Shown: positions 17,936 through 27,533 of the stretch, piece by piece
Position numbering within the stretch: the first letter of the stretch is position 1
How the letters are laid out: every line of letters begins with the position of its first letter
Assembly: GCA_963823035.1 (NCBI GenBank)
Contig: CAWGKG010000007.1
Location: 177,995-241,994 of the forward strand
Direction of reading: 5' to 3'
DNA length: 64,000 nucleotides
DNA from: an uncultured Gemmatimonadales bacterium
GTDB lineage: Bacteria > Gemmatimonadota > Gemmatimonadetes > Longimicrobiales > Gaopeijiaceae
Notes under the pieces: model-generated
Database searches by the model: none
The model's input: the letters and a program-made list of their open reading frames with translations, nothing else
Told to the model about the DNA's origin: nothing
Made by a program: the position numbers and the translations under genes

Positions 17936-19716
17936 CTTACCACCCCCTCCCGGCTCTGCTTCGAGGGCACGCGCACCCAGACGTGCGCGCCACCCCCGGT
18001 AACGTTCTCGAGTTTGAAAGCGCCTCCTACCCCGGCGATGCGCTCCCGGATTCCGGCCAGACCGCCGCGGGTTCGATTGAGCCCGCGCGGATCGTCCATC
18101 GGGAAGCCCACGCCATCGTCCTGCACGTCCAGGACCACGTCGCCCTCCTCCGCGGAGACGCTCACCGACACGCGCCTACATTGGCCGTGCCGCACCGCGT
18201 TCGCCAACGCCTCCTGCAGCGTGCGGTAGAGAGCGAGCTCCGCGTCCCCCGCCAGCGCGGGGAGCTTCTTCGGCTCTTCGAAGTCGACCCGCAGCGCCTC
18301 CTGGCTCCCGAAATCGCGCGCCAGCGCGCGCAGAGCGGAGAGGAGCCCCAGGTCGTCGAGCGCCGTGGGGCGGAGGTTGCGGGTCACGCTGCGAATGCTG
18401 CGAATCCCCTCCCCCACCAGGGACCGGGCGCGGTCGAGCGCCACCGCCATCTCTTCGTCGCCTTTCTCGCGCAGGAGCCCGAGCTGCATGTTCACGGCCG
18501 CCAGAACCTGCGCGGTCTCGTCGTGCAGCTCGCGCGAGAGACGGTTCCGCTCCTCCTCGTGCTGCTGGATCATGCGGATCTGGAGGCGCTCCAGCTCGGC
18601 CGTGCGGTCCTCCAGGCTCCGGTAGAGGTCCTCGTTCTCCAGCGCGGCGCCCACCTGCTGGCCGAAGGCGAGGAGGAACGGCGTGTCCAGCGCGGTGAAG
18701 GGGTCGCGCGACTCCCCGACCACGACCAGCGCCCCCGCGACGGCCCTCCCGCGCAGGATGGGAAGCGCCGCGATGTAGGGGTGCGCCCAGGGCGTGCGGT
18801 CCCCCTCCGCCCCACGTCCCTTGATGACCTCCGGCTGTCCGTCCCTGCGCACCGCGGCCACGGCCCGCCACGCCAGCGCGGGCGGCGGCTCGTACGGCCA
18901 GAGCGCGCACACGCCGGCGCCGTGGACGAACCCGCCGTCCTCGCCGGACGTCAGGTAGAGCGCCGATCCGTGCACGCCGCGCAGGCCGAGCGCCCGTCGC
19001 AGCACGGCCTCCGGCACGCCCTCGGAACGGCGGCCCCGCTGCTGCAGCTCGCTGGAGAGCGCGGTCAACGTGTGCAGGCCCTGGTCGAGGTCCTCGAGCA
19101 CCAGCATGAGGATGCCGGCGCCCATGCCGAGCTCGAACATCAGGTCGAGGTAGTAGCCCCACGGGCTCCACGCCCCGCGGGCGCGCAGGAACGGGTAGTC
19201 CAGGTGGTGCAGGGCCCACAGGGCGAGCGTCACGGTCAGCACGCGGGCGGCGGGCGAGCCGACCTCGCGGTCGTACCGGAAGAGCGCCCACGCGGTCCAC
19301 GCGGTCGCCACGCTCAGGAAGAGCACGGCCGGCCCGGCGGCCAGGAGGAAGTTGTCCAGCCGGTAGATCGCGACGTAGGACCAGGCGGGCGGAAAGAGCG
19401 TCAGGAGGAGATAGGCGCGCCGCCAGCGGAGGCCCTGGGAGAAGACGAGCGCCGCCCACAGGAGCGCGAGAGCCGTCCACCCGGTGGTCACCTGGTGCCA
19501 GTAGAGCCAGAAGCTCCGACCCGAGTGCAGGAAGGCGACGATGGCCGCCAGACGCATCCCGTAGATGCCCCACGCCAGGGCCCACGCGCCGAAGTACGGC
19601 TTGCGATACCGCCGATACAGAAGGGCGCACAGGACAACGAGCCCGAGCGTCACGGCCCCCTGGAGATAGGCTGCCGCCAGCTCGGTCAGGGTGGTCGGAG
19701 GCACGATCGAATCCAT
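17932..19716 (-). CDS. Membrane (7TM) + GAF sensor histidine kinase, HisKA_3 type
   Basis: EEERNRLSRELHDE, LRPTALDDLGL, QEALANAVRHG, DDGVGF; start at ATG 19716 inferred. Confidence 0.9.
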   Translation of the reverse strand: MDSIVPPTTLTELAAAYLQGAVTLGLVVLCALLYRRYRKPYFGAWALAWGIYGMRLAAIVAFLHSGRSFWLYWHQVTTGWTALALLWAALVFSQGLRWRRAYLLLTLFPPAWSYVAIYRLDNFLLAAGPAVLFLSVATAWTAWALFRYDREVGSPAARVLTVTLALWALHHLDYPFLRARGAWSPWGYYLDLMFELGMGAGILMLVLEDLDQGLHTLTALSSELQQRGRRSEGVPEAVLRRALGLRGVHGSALYLTSGEDGGFVHGAGVCALWPYEPPPALAWRAVAAVRRDGQPEVIKGRGAEGDRTPWAHPYIAALPILRGRAVAGALVVVGESRDPFTALDTPFLLAFGQQVGAALENEDLYRSLEDRTAELERLQIRMIQQHEEERNRLSRELHDETAQVLAAVNMQLGLLREKGDEEMAVALDRARSLVGEGIRSIRSVTRNLRPTALDDLGLLSALRALARDFGSQEALRVDFEEPKKLPALAGDAELALYRTLQEALANAVRHGQCRRVSVSVSAEEGDVVLDVQDDGVGFPMDDPRGLNRTRGGLAGIRERIAGVGGAFKLENVTGGGAHVWVRVPSKQSREGVVR

Positions 19717-19894
19717 GCGGCGGAAGATCTCCGCCACCCGCGCGTCGAGCAACGCCTTGCCTGCAGGGGAATCTCCGACAATCCTCTCCACCGAAACCCC
19801 ACTTATGGAGGAAGGGCGGATTTCCTAGGTTTGGGGGATCCCAACCCGCGATCCGCCCGCGGGGCCGCCATCCTCGACTCGGAGGTTCGTCCGC

Positions 19895-21229
19895 ATGAGC
19901 GCCGCACCCACCGCCGCGCCCCTGCCCTCGACGCTTTTCGCCGACCGGGTGAGCCGCATCGGCACCGAAGAGGCGTTCGCGCTCGGAGCGCTCATCCGGG
20001 ACGTCGAGTCCAGGGGAGAGCGGGTGATCCGCTGCAACCTCGGTCAGCCGGATTTCCCCCTCCCGAAGCACATCGTGGGCGCGGTCAAGCGGGCCCTCGA
20101 CGACGGCCTCACGACGTACTGCGATCCCCAGGGCATTCCGGAGCTGCGCACCGCGGTGGCGCTGTCCATCGGCGCCAAGCACGGGCTGGACATCGACCCG
20201 GAGCGCGTGGTCGTCTACCCCGGCGGCCGGCCGCCGATCGGCTTCGCCCACATGGCGTACAGCGAGGCCGGCGCCGAGGTCATCTACCCGTCGCCGGGCT
20301 ATCCGCTGTTCGAGTCGTTCATCCCCTACTTCCGCTGCACCCCCGTGCCGGTGGTGCTGCAGGAGGAGCACGGCTTCGGGCTGACGCGCAAGGAGCTCGA
20401 GCCGCTGATCGGCCCGCGGGTCAAGCTGATCTTCCTGAACTTCCCGTCGAACCCGACCGGCGGCGTGGCCACGCGGGAGCAGCTCGTCGAGCTGTCCGAG
20501 CTGATCCTCGAGAAGACCGCCCCCGACGTGCGCGTGTACTCGGACGAGTCGTACGAGGCGATCACGTTCGACGGCGACGAGCACATCTCCATCGCGGCGA
20601 TGCCGGGGATGGAGTCGCGCACGATCATCGCGTCCGGCGTATCCAAGACGTACGCGTGGACCGGGGGGCGGGTCGGCTGGGCCGTCTACCCGACCGTCGA
20701 GGAAGCGCGCGTCCACCGCCGGCTCGCGATCAACTTCTTCGCTTCGATCCCCCCCTACAACCAGTGGGGCGCCATCGAGGCGCTGGAGTCTCCCGAGAGC
20801 CCGCCGGCCATCCGCGCGATGGTGGACGCCTTCCAGCGTCGGCGCGACCTGGTGGTTCCGGCGCTGAACGCCATCGACGGCGTCCGCTGCCAGAACCCCA
20901 GGGGCGCGTTCTACGCCTTCCCGAACATCGCGGGCGTGGTCGAGAGCCTCGGAATCCAGGAGGCGTTCGACGGCCTCCCGCAGAACATCCGGGAGCGTTC
21001 CAGCCCCGCCACGCTCTTCCAGCTCTTCCTCCTGTACCGCTACAAGGTCGCCACCATGGACCGCCGCTCCTTCAGCACGCTGGGGAGCGAGGGCCAGCAC
21101 TACCTCCGCCTGTCGATCGCCAACGCGGACGAGGAGCTCGAGGAGGCGGTGCGCCGCATCGACATGGCGTCGCGCGACGACGCCGGCTTCCGGGACTTCA
21201 TGACGACGGGGGAGCGCTACACGCTCTAG
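19895..21229 (+). CDS. PLP-dependent aminotransferase class I/II
   Basis: NLGQPDF, FPSNPTG, SDESY, SKTYAWTGGRVG, GAFYAF. Confidence 0.92.
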   Translation: MSAAPTAAPLPSTLFADRVSRIGTEEAFALGALIRDVESRGERVIRCNLGQPDFPLPKHIVGAVKRALDDGLTTYCDPQGIPELRTAVALSIGAKHGLDIDPERVVVYPGGRPPIGFAHMAYSEAGAEVIYPSPGYPLFESFIPYFRCTPVPVVLQEEHGFGLTRKELEPLIGPRVKLIFLNFPSNPTGGVATREQLVELSELILEKTAPDVRVYSDESYEAITFDGDEHISIAAMPGMESRTIIASGVSKTYAWTGGRVGWAVYPTVEEARVHRRLAINFFASIPPYNQWGAIEALESPESPPAIRAMVDAFQRRRDLVVPALNAIDGVRCQNPRGAFYAFPNIAGVVESLGIQEAFDGLPQNIRERSSPATLFQLFLLYRYKVATMDRRSFSTLGSEGQHYLRLSIANADEELEEAVRRIDMASRDDAGFRDFMTTGERYTL

Positions 21230-21284
21230 CCTCCCCGTCGCCACCAGATCGCACCCACCAGGTTCGCAAGAGAAGGGAGAACCC

Positions 21285-23672
21285 ATGAGCCGAGCCTTCG
21301 GCCCACGTCGGGCGGAATGGATCGAGGTGAACGAGCCCGGGGACCTCGGGATCTCCGCCGAGTCCATCGCCCATTTCGAGTCCTACGACCTCGTCTACAG
21401 GACGCTGACGGCGGTCCTGTTCAACTACGCGCAGTCCGGGCACCCGGGCGGGTCCGTCTCGTCGGGTCGCATCGTCGCCGGTGCGTTGTTCGACGCGATG
21501 GACTACGACATCGCCGATCCCGTGCGCCCCGATGCCGACATCCTCTCGTACGCCGCCGGTCACAAGGCCACCGGCCTGTACGCGATGTGGGCGCTCCGTG
21601 ACGAGGTGACGCGCATCGCGCGACCGGACCTCCTTCCGGAGGCGGTGAACCATCGGCTGCGCTTCGAGGACCTCCTGGGCTTCCGGCGCAATCCGGCGAC
21701 GCACACGCCTCTGTTCCGGCAGTTCGGCTCCAAGCCGCTGGACGGCCATCCCACCCCGGCCACGCCCCACGTGCGCCTCGCGACGGGGCCCTCGGGCGTC
21801 GGCATGGGCAGCTCGATCGGACTCGCCATCACGCTGGCGGACTACTACGGGAAGGCCAACGCACCGCGCGTGCACATCCTCGAGGGCGAGGGCGGCCTCA
21901 CGCCGGGACGCGTCTACGAGGCGGTGGCCGGCGGGTCGGCCTCCGGGCTGAGCAACGTCATCGTGCACCTGGACTGGAACCAGGCGTCGATCGACTCGGA
22001 CCGCGTCACCCGCGACGGCTCCGTGCCGGGCGACTACGTCCAGTGGGACCCGATGGAGTTCTTCTACCTCCACGACTGGAACGTGGTGGAGGTGGCGGAC
22101 GGCTTCGACTTCCCGATGGTCCTCACGGCGCAGCGCCTCGCGCTCCGCCTCGACAACGGACAGCCCACCGCGGTGGTCTACCGCACCGAGAAGGGCTGGA
22201 AGTACGGCATCACCGGCAAGAAGTCGCACGGCGGCGGCCACAAGCTGTGCAGCGACGCGTACTACGACGCGGTGGCGCCGCTCTTCGGCAAGGGCGGGCC
22301 CGGCCTGCCGCACTGCGGCGCGGACGGGCAGCGGTGCGCCGGCGCGAAGTACAAGGACCAGGTCGAGCAGTGCTACTGGATGACCCTGCAGCGCGTACGG
22401 GCGCTGCTCGAGGACCCGTACCGCCCCATGTGCGAGGAGATGGCCGGGCGTATCGCGGACGCTCGGGAGCGGCTCGAAGGCCGCGGCAGGAAGCCGCGTG
22501 AGGGAGCGCCCGACGTGGAGCGCATCTTCGCGGTGGCCGATCCGGAGACCACGCCGGAGAGCGTCGCGCTCGAGCCCGGTGACTCGGTCGCGCTGCGCAG
22601 CCAGCTCGGGAAGGTGCTCGGCCACCTGAACGAGGCGAGCCACGGCGCGATCTTCATCGCGGCCGCCGACCTCCTCGACTCGACCGCGGTCTCCGGGGCG
22701 GCCAAAGGCTTCCCCACGGGCTACTTCCACCTGGACGCGAACCCCGGAGCCCGCTCGCTCTCCATCGGCGGCATTTGCGAGGACGGACTCTCCTGCGTGC
22801 TCACGGGCGTCTCCTCGATGGGGTTGCACGTGGGCGCCGGCGCGTCGTACGGGGCCTTCATCGCCCCGCTGGGGCACATCCCGGCGCGCGTGCACGCGAT
22901 CGCGAACCAGATGCGTCGCGAGGTGGACGGCCACGACTCGCCCTACCGCCCCTTCATCCTCATCTGCGGGCACGCCGGCATGAAGACCGGTGAGGACGGC
23001 CCCACCCACGCGGATCCCCAGGCGCTGCAGCTGCACCAGGAGAACTACGTGCCCGGTCTGGCGATCACGCTCACGCCGTGGGAGCCGCAGGAGATCTGGC
23101 CGCTGATGGCGGCCGCCCTCCAGGCACGTCCTGCCGTGATCGTCCCCTTCGTCACGCGTCCCGGCGAGCGCGTCCTGGACCGCGAGGAGATGGGGCTCGC
23201 GCCGGCTTCGGCGGCTGCCCAGGGGCTCTACCGGCTGCGGAGCGCGGAGGGCGAGCGGGACGGCACGATCGTCCTGCAGGGCTCCGAGGTGACGTACGAG
23301 TTCGTCCAGTCGGTGCTGCCGATGCTGGAGACCGAGGGCGTGAACCTCGACGTCTACCACGTGTCCAGCGCGGAGCTGTTCGACCGGCTGGAGGCCGACC
23401 AGCAGTCGGCCATCTTCCCCGCGGAGTCGGCGCACGAGGCGATGGGCATCTCCGGCTTCACCCTTCCCACGATGTACCGCTGGATCCGCTCGGAGATCGG
23501 CCTCGCGCACACGATGTACCCCTTCATGAAGGGCCACTACCTCGGCAGCGGCACGGGTGACATGGTCGTCTTCGAGGCCGGCCTCCACGGAGAGGGCCAG
23601 TTCCGGGAGATCAAGAAGTACCTCGACGCCCTCTCCCGAGAGCGCTCGAAGAGCTCGGTACCGGTCGGATAG
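21285..23672 (+). CDS. Divergent transketolase-like ThDP enzyme
   Basis: SGHPGGSVS, LDGHP, TGPSGVG, GEG..N ThDP motif variant, GICE, GEDGPTH. Confidence 0.85.
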   Translation: MSRAFGPRRAEWIEVNEPGDLGISAESIAHFESYDLVYRTLTAVLFNYAQSGHPGGSVSSGRIVAGALFDAMDYDIADPVRPDADILSYAAGHKATGLYAMWALRDEVTRIARPDLLPEAVNHRLRFEDLLGFRRNPATHTPLFRQFGSKPLDGHPTPATPHVRLATGPSGVGMGSSIGLAITLADYYGKANAPRVHILEGEGGLTPGRVYEAVAGGSASGLSNVIVHLDWNQASIDSDRVTRDGSVPGDYVQWDPMEFFYLHDWNVVEVADGFDFPMVLTAQRLALRLDNGQPTAVVYRTEKGWKYGITGKKSHGGGHKLCSDAYYDAVAPLFGKGGPGLPHCGADGQRCAGAKYKDQVEQCYWMTLQRVRALLEDPYRPMCEEMAGRIADARERLEGRGRKPREGAPDVERIFAVADPETTPESVALEPGDSVALRSQLGKVLGHLNEASHGAIFIAAADLLDSTAVSGAAKGFPTGYFHLDANPGARSLSIGGICEDGLSCVLTGVSSMGLHVGAGASYGAFIAPLGHIPARVHAIANQMRREVDGHDSPYRPFILICGHAGMKTGEDGPTHADPQALQLHQENYVPGLAITLTPWEPQEIWPLMAAALQARPAVIVPFVTRPGERVLDREEMGLAPASAAAQGLYRLRSAEGERDGTIVLQGSEVTYEFVQSVLPMLETEGVNLDVYHVSSAELFDRLEADQQSAIFPAESAHEAMGISGFTLPTMYRWIRSEIGLAHTMYPFMKGHYLGSGTGDMVVFEAGLHGEGQFREIKKYLDALSRERSKSSVPVG

Positions 23673-23679
23673 ACTTCGA

Positions 23680-23707
23680 CGGGCGGGTCCCTCTCGGGGC
23701 CCGCCCG
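23680..23707 (+). terminator. GC hairpin after transketolase-like gene
   Basis: CGGGCGGGTCC...GGGCCCGCCCG stem; no clear U-tract. Confidence 0.45.
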
Positions 23708-23842
23708 CACCGGCCCTCCACCTCGCCTGGCATGGGGGTTGCGTCCTCCCACCCTCCGGACGCGCCCCGCCGACCCTCTTTTCCCCGGGGAAGCGGTGTG
23801 CTCTTCATCCATATGCCAGAATGCCAGAGGAGGATACAGACG

Positions 23843-24448
23843 ATGCGCACCTTGCTCGTCACCACGATGATCGCGTCGGCCGTCGGCTTCGCCCAACCGT
23901 CCGCCGCTACGGCCCAGGCCGTGTCGCTGGAGCTCCGCGGCGGGCTGGACCGATCGGTCTCCGAGTTCAGGGACGACGGCGGCATCGCCGCGCGCGGCGA
24001 CGCGGGCTTCGGCGGAGACGTGATCTTCAGCGTCACGCCGATGCTGTCCATCTACGGTGGATACGGCTGGGACCGCTTCGGCTGCGTCGGCTGCGGAGAC
24101 GCCGACTGGATCACGAGCCACGGCTTCGAGGGCGGTGCCAAGCTCCTGTTCGCGTTCTCGCCGCTCTCCCGGACCCTCACCCCCTGGATCCGGGCGGGTG
24201 TCGTGGCCAACAAGGCCAAGGTCCAGTTCGCGGGGTTCGAGACGACCTCGGACACGGGTCTGGGCTTCCAGGCCTCCGCCGGCGTCGACGTCCCGCTCGG
24301 CGACGTGCTCTCGTTCTCGCCCGCCCTGCGCTATCAGCGCTTCGGCGCCGATTTCGCCACGCTCGGGGACATCCTCGTGGCCAAGGAGACGGTGTCCTAC
24401 CTCTCGCTCGACTTCGGCCTGCACATCCATCCGCAGCTGCGACGCTGA
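23843..24448 (+). CDS. Outer-membrane beta-barrel (OmpA/OmpW-like) protein
   Basis: Signal peptide ending ATAQA, TPWIRAG, LDFGLHIH terminal strand. Confidence 0.75.
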   Translation: MRTLLVTTMIASAVGFAQPSAATAQAVSLELRGGLDRSVSEFRDDGGIAARGDAGFGGDVIFSVTPMLSIYGGYGWDRFGCVGCGDADWITSHGFEGGAKLLFAFSPLSRTLTPWIRAGVVANKAKVQFAGFETTSDTGLGFQASAGVDVPLGDVLSFSPALRYQRFGADFATLGDILVAKETVSYLSLDFGLHIHPQLRR

Positions 24449-24467
24449 CGGCGGACCGCTCCCCGGG

Positions 24468-24621
24468 GTGCGCGAGATCGCGCACTTGCGCCCGAAACGA
24501 CCGCGCGGTATCGCGCACCCCGAGAGGCTACTCACATGAGGTTTCACATCATGTTACGCCTGTAACTCCATGAAGAACAACATGATGTAGCCTATGCAAC
24601 CCGAGAGGGCACGGCACTTGT
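24468..24621 (+). promoter_or_regulatory. Sigma54 promoter with upstream activator palindrome and AT-rich spacer
   Basis: GGCACGGCACTTGT (24608-24621); GTGCGCGA-GA-TCGCGCAC (24468-24485); ACATCATGTT-N23-AACATGATGT. Confidence 0.6.
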
Positions 24622-24676
24622 ACCTACTCCCCTGTGAACGGAGGCACGACGCCTTCGCAGACACGGAGGAGGAAGG

Positions 24677-25846
24677 ATGAACGCCGCGACCATGAACGCA
24701 ACGGAAACCCACGGATCGGTCCCGCGCAGCATCGGGCTGCACGGTCGGACGGCGGTTCTGGGGGCGATGGCGGGAGGCGTGGCGATGGGCGGCGTGCTCG
24801 TCGGCGCGATGACGCTCGCCGGACGCCTGAGCGGCCACGGGCTCTTCGAGACCGCGTCGGCGCTCTTCATCGTCGGTGCCTTCGTCGGCCTGCTGCACGG
24901 CACGGTCCTGGGCTACCTCGGCCGGCCGACCGGCGTGACGCGCCGACAGGCCGGAAGCGACCTGGCCCGCGCGGTCCTCTTCGCCATCCCCGGCCTGTCG
25001 GTCGCGTGGCTCGCGTCGATCTGGGTGGCCATGACGCTCGTCGCCGCCTACACCGGCCGTCCCGCCGCGCTGGCGGGCGCCGCAGTCGGCTGGGTCGGGG
25101 CCGGCGCCATCCTGGCGGTGGCCACGGTCCACGCCTGGCGGGCCCTCAAGAACGCGTACGCCCGGTGGCCCGAGCGGCGGCCGGGCACGGTTCTCACCGC
25201 GGCGTCGTTCGCCGCGCTGCTCCTCACCTTCCTGGCCGACCGGCCGGAGATCTGGGGCCTGCGCCTCCGTCTGACGGAGACCGGTGCGGTCCTCCTCGCC
25301 GCGCTGCTGGCGGTCTGGGTGGCCGGCCCGCTGGTCACGATCGCCCTGCGGCTGGCGCGCACGGTTCCGTTTCCCCGCGCCCTGGCCGGGCTGGGTGCGC
25401 GCCGCACGACGGCCGCCGACCTCGGGATCGGCCTGATCGTCGGCGCCGTGGTCGGCCTGCTGGCGGTGCCGTTCGCCGCCCCCGCCGCTCCGACGGCCGT
25501 CGCCGGCACGTTCGTGGTCGGGTTGAGCCAGGCGGTCGTGGACGAAGTGCTCCTGCGGCTCTTCCTGGTGACCGGCGTCGCCTGGCTGATGCTCCGCTGG
25601 CACCGCCTGAACGTCAACGAGGCGCTGGCGGGCGCGGTTGCGGTCGCGACGGTGGTGCAGGTCGCCCTCTACACGCCCGGCGCTCTCTCGATCGGCTTCG
25701 CGAACTGGTCCGGCATGGCCGCCTTCCTCCTCGCCGCCGTCGCGATCCCCGCAGCGGTCTTCGGGGTCCTCTTCTGGCGGCGCGGGTTCGTGACCGCACT
25801 GGTCGCCGACGTCGCCGCACTGGCCGCTATCGCGCTCCTCGCGTGA
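24677..25846 (+). CDS. Polytopic membrane protein with degenerate CPBP/CAAX-like C-terminal domain
   Basis: GGAGGAGG ribosome-binding site; about 12 TM; VDEVLLRLFL and FGVLFWRRG resemble CPBP motifs but catalytic EE/His are missing. Confidence 0.7.
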   Translation: MNAATMNATETHGSVPRSIGLHGRTAVLGAMAGGVAMGGVLVGAMTLAGRLSGHGLFETASALFIVGAFVGLLHGTVLGYLGRPTGVTRRQAGSDLARAVLFAIPGLSVAWLASIWVAMTLVAAYTGRPAALAGAAVGWVGAGAILAVATVHAWRALKNAYARWPERRPGTVLTAASFAALLLTFLADRPEIWGLRLRLTETGAVLLAALLAVWVAGPLVTIALRLARTVPFPRALAGLGARRTTAADLGIGLIVGAVVGLLAVPFAAPAAPTAVAGTFVVGLSQAVVDEVLLRLFLVTGVAWLMLRWHRLNVNEALAGAVAVATVVQVALYTPGALSIGFANWSGMAAFLLAAVAIPAAVFGVLFWRRGFVTALVADVAALAAIALLA

Positions 25847-25870
25847 AGCCGCGCAGTTCCTCCTCCTCCT

Positions 25871-25904
25871 CGAGGGGGTCCGGGTTCCGACCCGGGCCCC
25901 CTCG
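25871..25904 (+). terminator. Strong hairpin
   Basis: CGAGGGGGTCCGGGT-TCCG-ACCCGGGCCCCCTCG. Confidence 0.55.
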
Positions 25905-26102
25905 CTCCGTTCTTCTACGGATGGTTTCGCGCGCCTTCGCACACCGGGGGCGCGCGACGGCGTGCCCGGTGCGCGTTTCGGGCCGGGCTCCGCGCGAAGC
26001 CGCGCACTCGCCTCTACAAAGGGCGGTGTCGGCCTGCTATCTTCTCCGTGGATCTCCTAGCACCACTTCTTCGCGTGGTCGTCGCTTCGGAGGCGACTCC
26101 AC

Positions 26103-27533
26103 ATGACCTGGGTCCGCCGAGTCCGGTCTCTACCGGTCCGCGGAAAGGTGCTCCTCACCGTTCTCGGCGCGGCGGTCGCCGCGCTGGGCGCTTCCACGTA
26201 TCTCTCGTTCCGATACTGGGAGAACGAGGCGCTCGCCTCCGCCACGCGGCAAGCACTGCTCGCAGCTGCCTCCACGCAAGCCACCCTCGAGTCGGCGATC
26301 CGCCTCGGCCGCCTCAGCCCCGCTCACCACGCCCTGACGCGGCTGCGTGAAGAGGGCGACGTGACCACGGCGCGTGTCTACGGCTCCGACGGTCGCATCC
26401 TGATCTCGGCCGACCCCTACGAGGAGGGCACGCGCGCCTCCTCGGTCTTCATCCCGGACGCGTCCGAGCTGCCCCGGGAGGGCATCACCAAGCCGGCCGA
26501 CTCGGGCGGCGCCGTACGCGCCTACCTCCCCGTGTCCATCCCCGAACCCGCCGTGCTGGAGGTGGAGTTCTCGGTGGCGCCGACCATGGCGGCCATGGAG
26601 CGGGGTGCGCGACTGGGGATGGGCCTCATGGCGGTGTCCCTCCTCGTCGTCGGCATCGTGGTGGTGACCATGTTCGAGCGGGAGGTGGTGGCCCCTCTGC
26701 ATCGCATGGACGTGCTCCTTCGCGCCCAGGGCCAGGGCGGCCCGCGCAACGAGCTGCTCCACATCGAACGCTCCGTGACGGAGCTGCTGGAGAAGGGACG
26801 GGCCGTCGAGGCGCGAGCGGCCGACCAGGACCGACGCCTGGCGGCGCAGGAGGGGCTGGCGCAGGTGGGTGAGCTGGCCGCGGAGATGGCGCACGAGTTC
26901 AAGCGACCGCTCGCGTCGATCCAGACGGCCGTGGGGCTCCTGCAGCAGGAGTACGAGCTGGACGAGGGCGGCCGCGAGATGCTCGGGGCCGTGCACCAGC
27001 AGCTCGACCGCCTGCACGAGACGATGCAGGACCTCTTCTCGCTGGCGAAGCCCCTGGTGACGGAGGGCGACGCCGTCGATCTCTTCGACGTCCTCGACGA
27101 CGCCCTCGCCGGTCTCGCCGGCGTTCCGGGCATCGAGCACGTGGAGGTGCACCGGTCGTACGGGCACGAGCGCATTCAGGTGCCTGGCGACGCGAGGCGG
27201 TTGGGCCAGGCGTTCCTGAACGTGATGGGCAACGCCGTCGAGGCGATGCCCGACGGCGGCCACCTCACCCTCGCCACCTCGGTCCGCCCCGACGGCTCCG
27301 TCGAGGTCGCCGTCACCGACACGGGACACGGGCTCGACCCCGAGGCGGTCGAGCGTGCCCTGCGTCCCTTCTACTCCACGAAGCCCCTCGGTACGGGCCT
27401 CGGGCTTCCCCTCGTCGCCCGGATCGTCTCGGCGCACCGCGGAGGGCTGGCCATCGAAAGCCGTCCGAAGCACGGAACCACCGTTCGGATCACCCTGCCC
27501 GTGGTCCCCGAACCCGCCACCACGGGAGCGTGA
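26103..27533 (+). CDS. Sensor histidine kinase (2 TM, NtrB/AtoS-like)
   Basis: MAHEFKRPL, NVMGNAVEAM, DTGHG, PFYSTK..GTGLGL. Confidence 0.92.
   Translation: MTWVRRVRSLPVRGKVLLTVLGAAVAALGASTYLSFRYWENEALASATRQALLAAASTQATLESAIRLGRLSPAHHALTRLREEGDVTTARVYGSDGRILISADPYEEGTRASSVFIPDASELPREGITKPADSGGAVRAYLPVSIPEPAVLEVEFSVAPTMAAMERGARLGMGLMAVSLLVVGIVVVTMFEREVVAPLHRMDVLLRAQGQGGPRNELLHIERSVTELLEKGRAVEARAADQDRRLAAQEGLAQVGELAAEMAHEFKRPLASIQTAVGLLQQEYELDEGGREMLGAVHQQLDRLHETMQDLFSLAKPLVTEGDAVDLFDVLDDALAGLAGVPGIEHVEVHRSYGHERIQVPGDARRLGQAFLNVMGNAVEAMPDGGHLTLATSVRPDGSVEVAVTDTGHGLDPEAVERALRPFYSTKPLGTGLGLPLVARIVSAHRGGLAIESRPKHGTTVRITLPVVPEPATTGA

Noticed and set aside
17983..21367. Very long ORFs (1101 aa and 1063 aa) overlapping real genes
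   Set aside because: Shadow or off-frame ORFs typical of high-GC DNA; Arg/Pro/Gly-rich with no motifs
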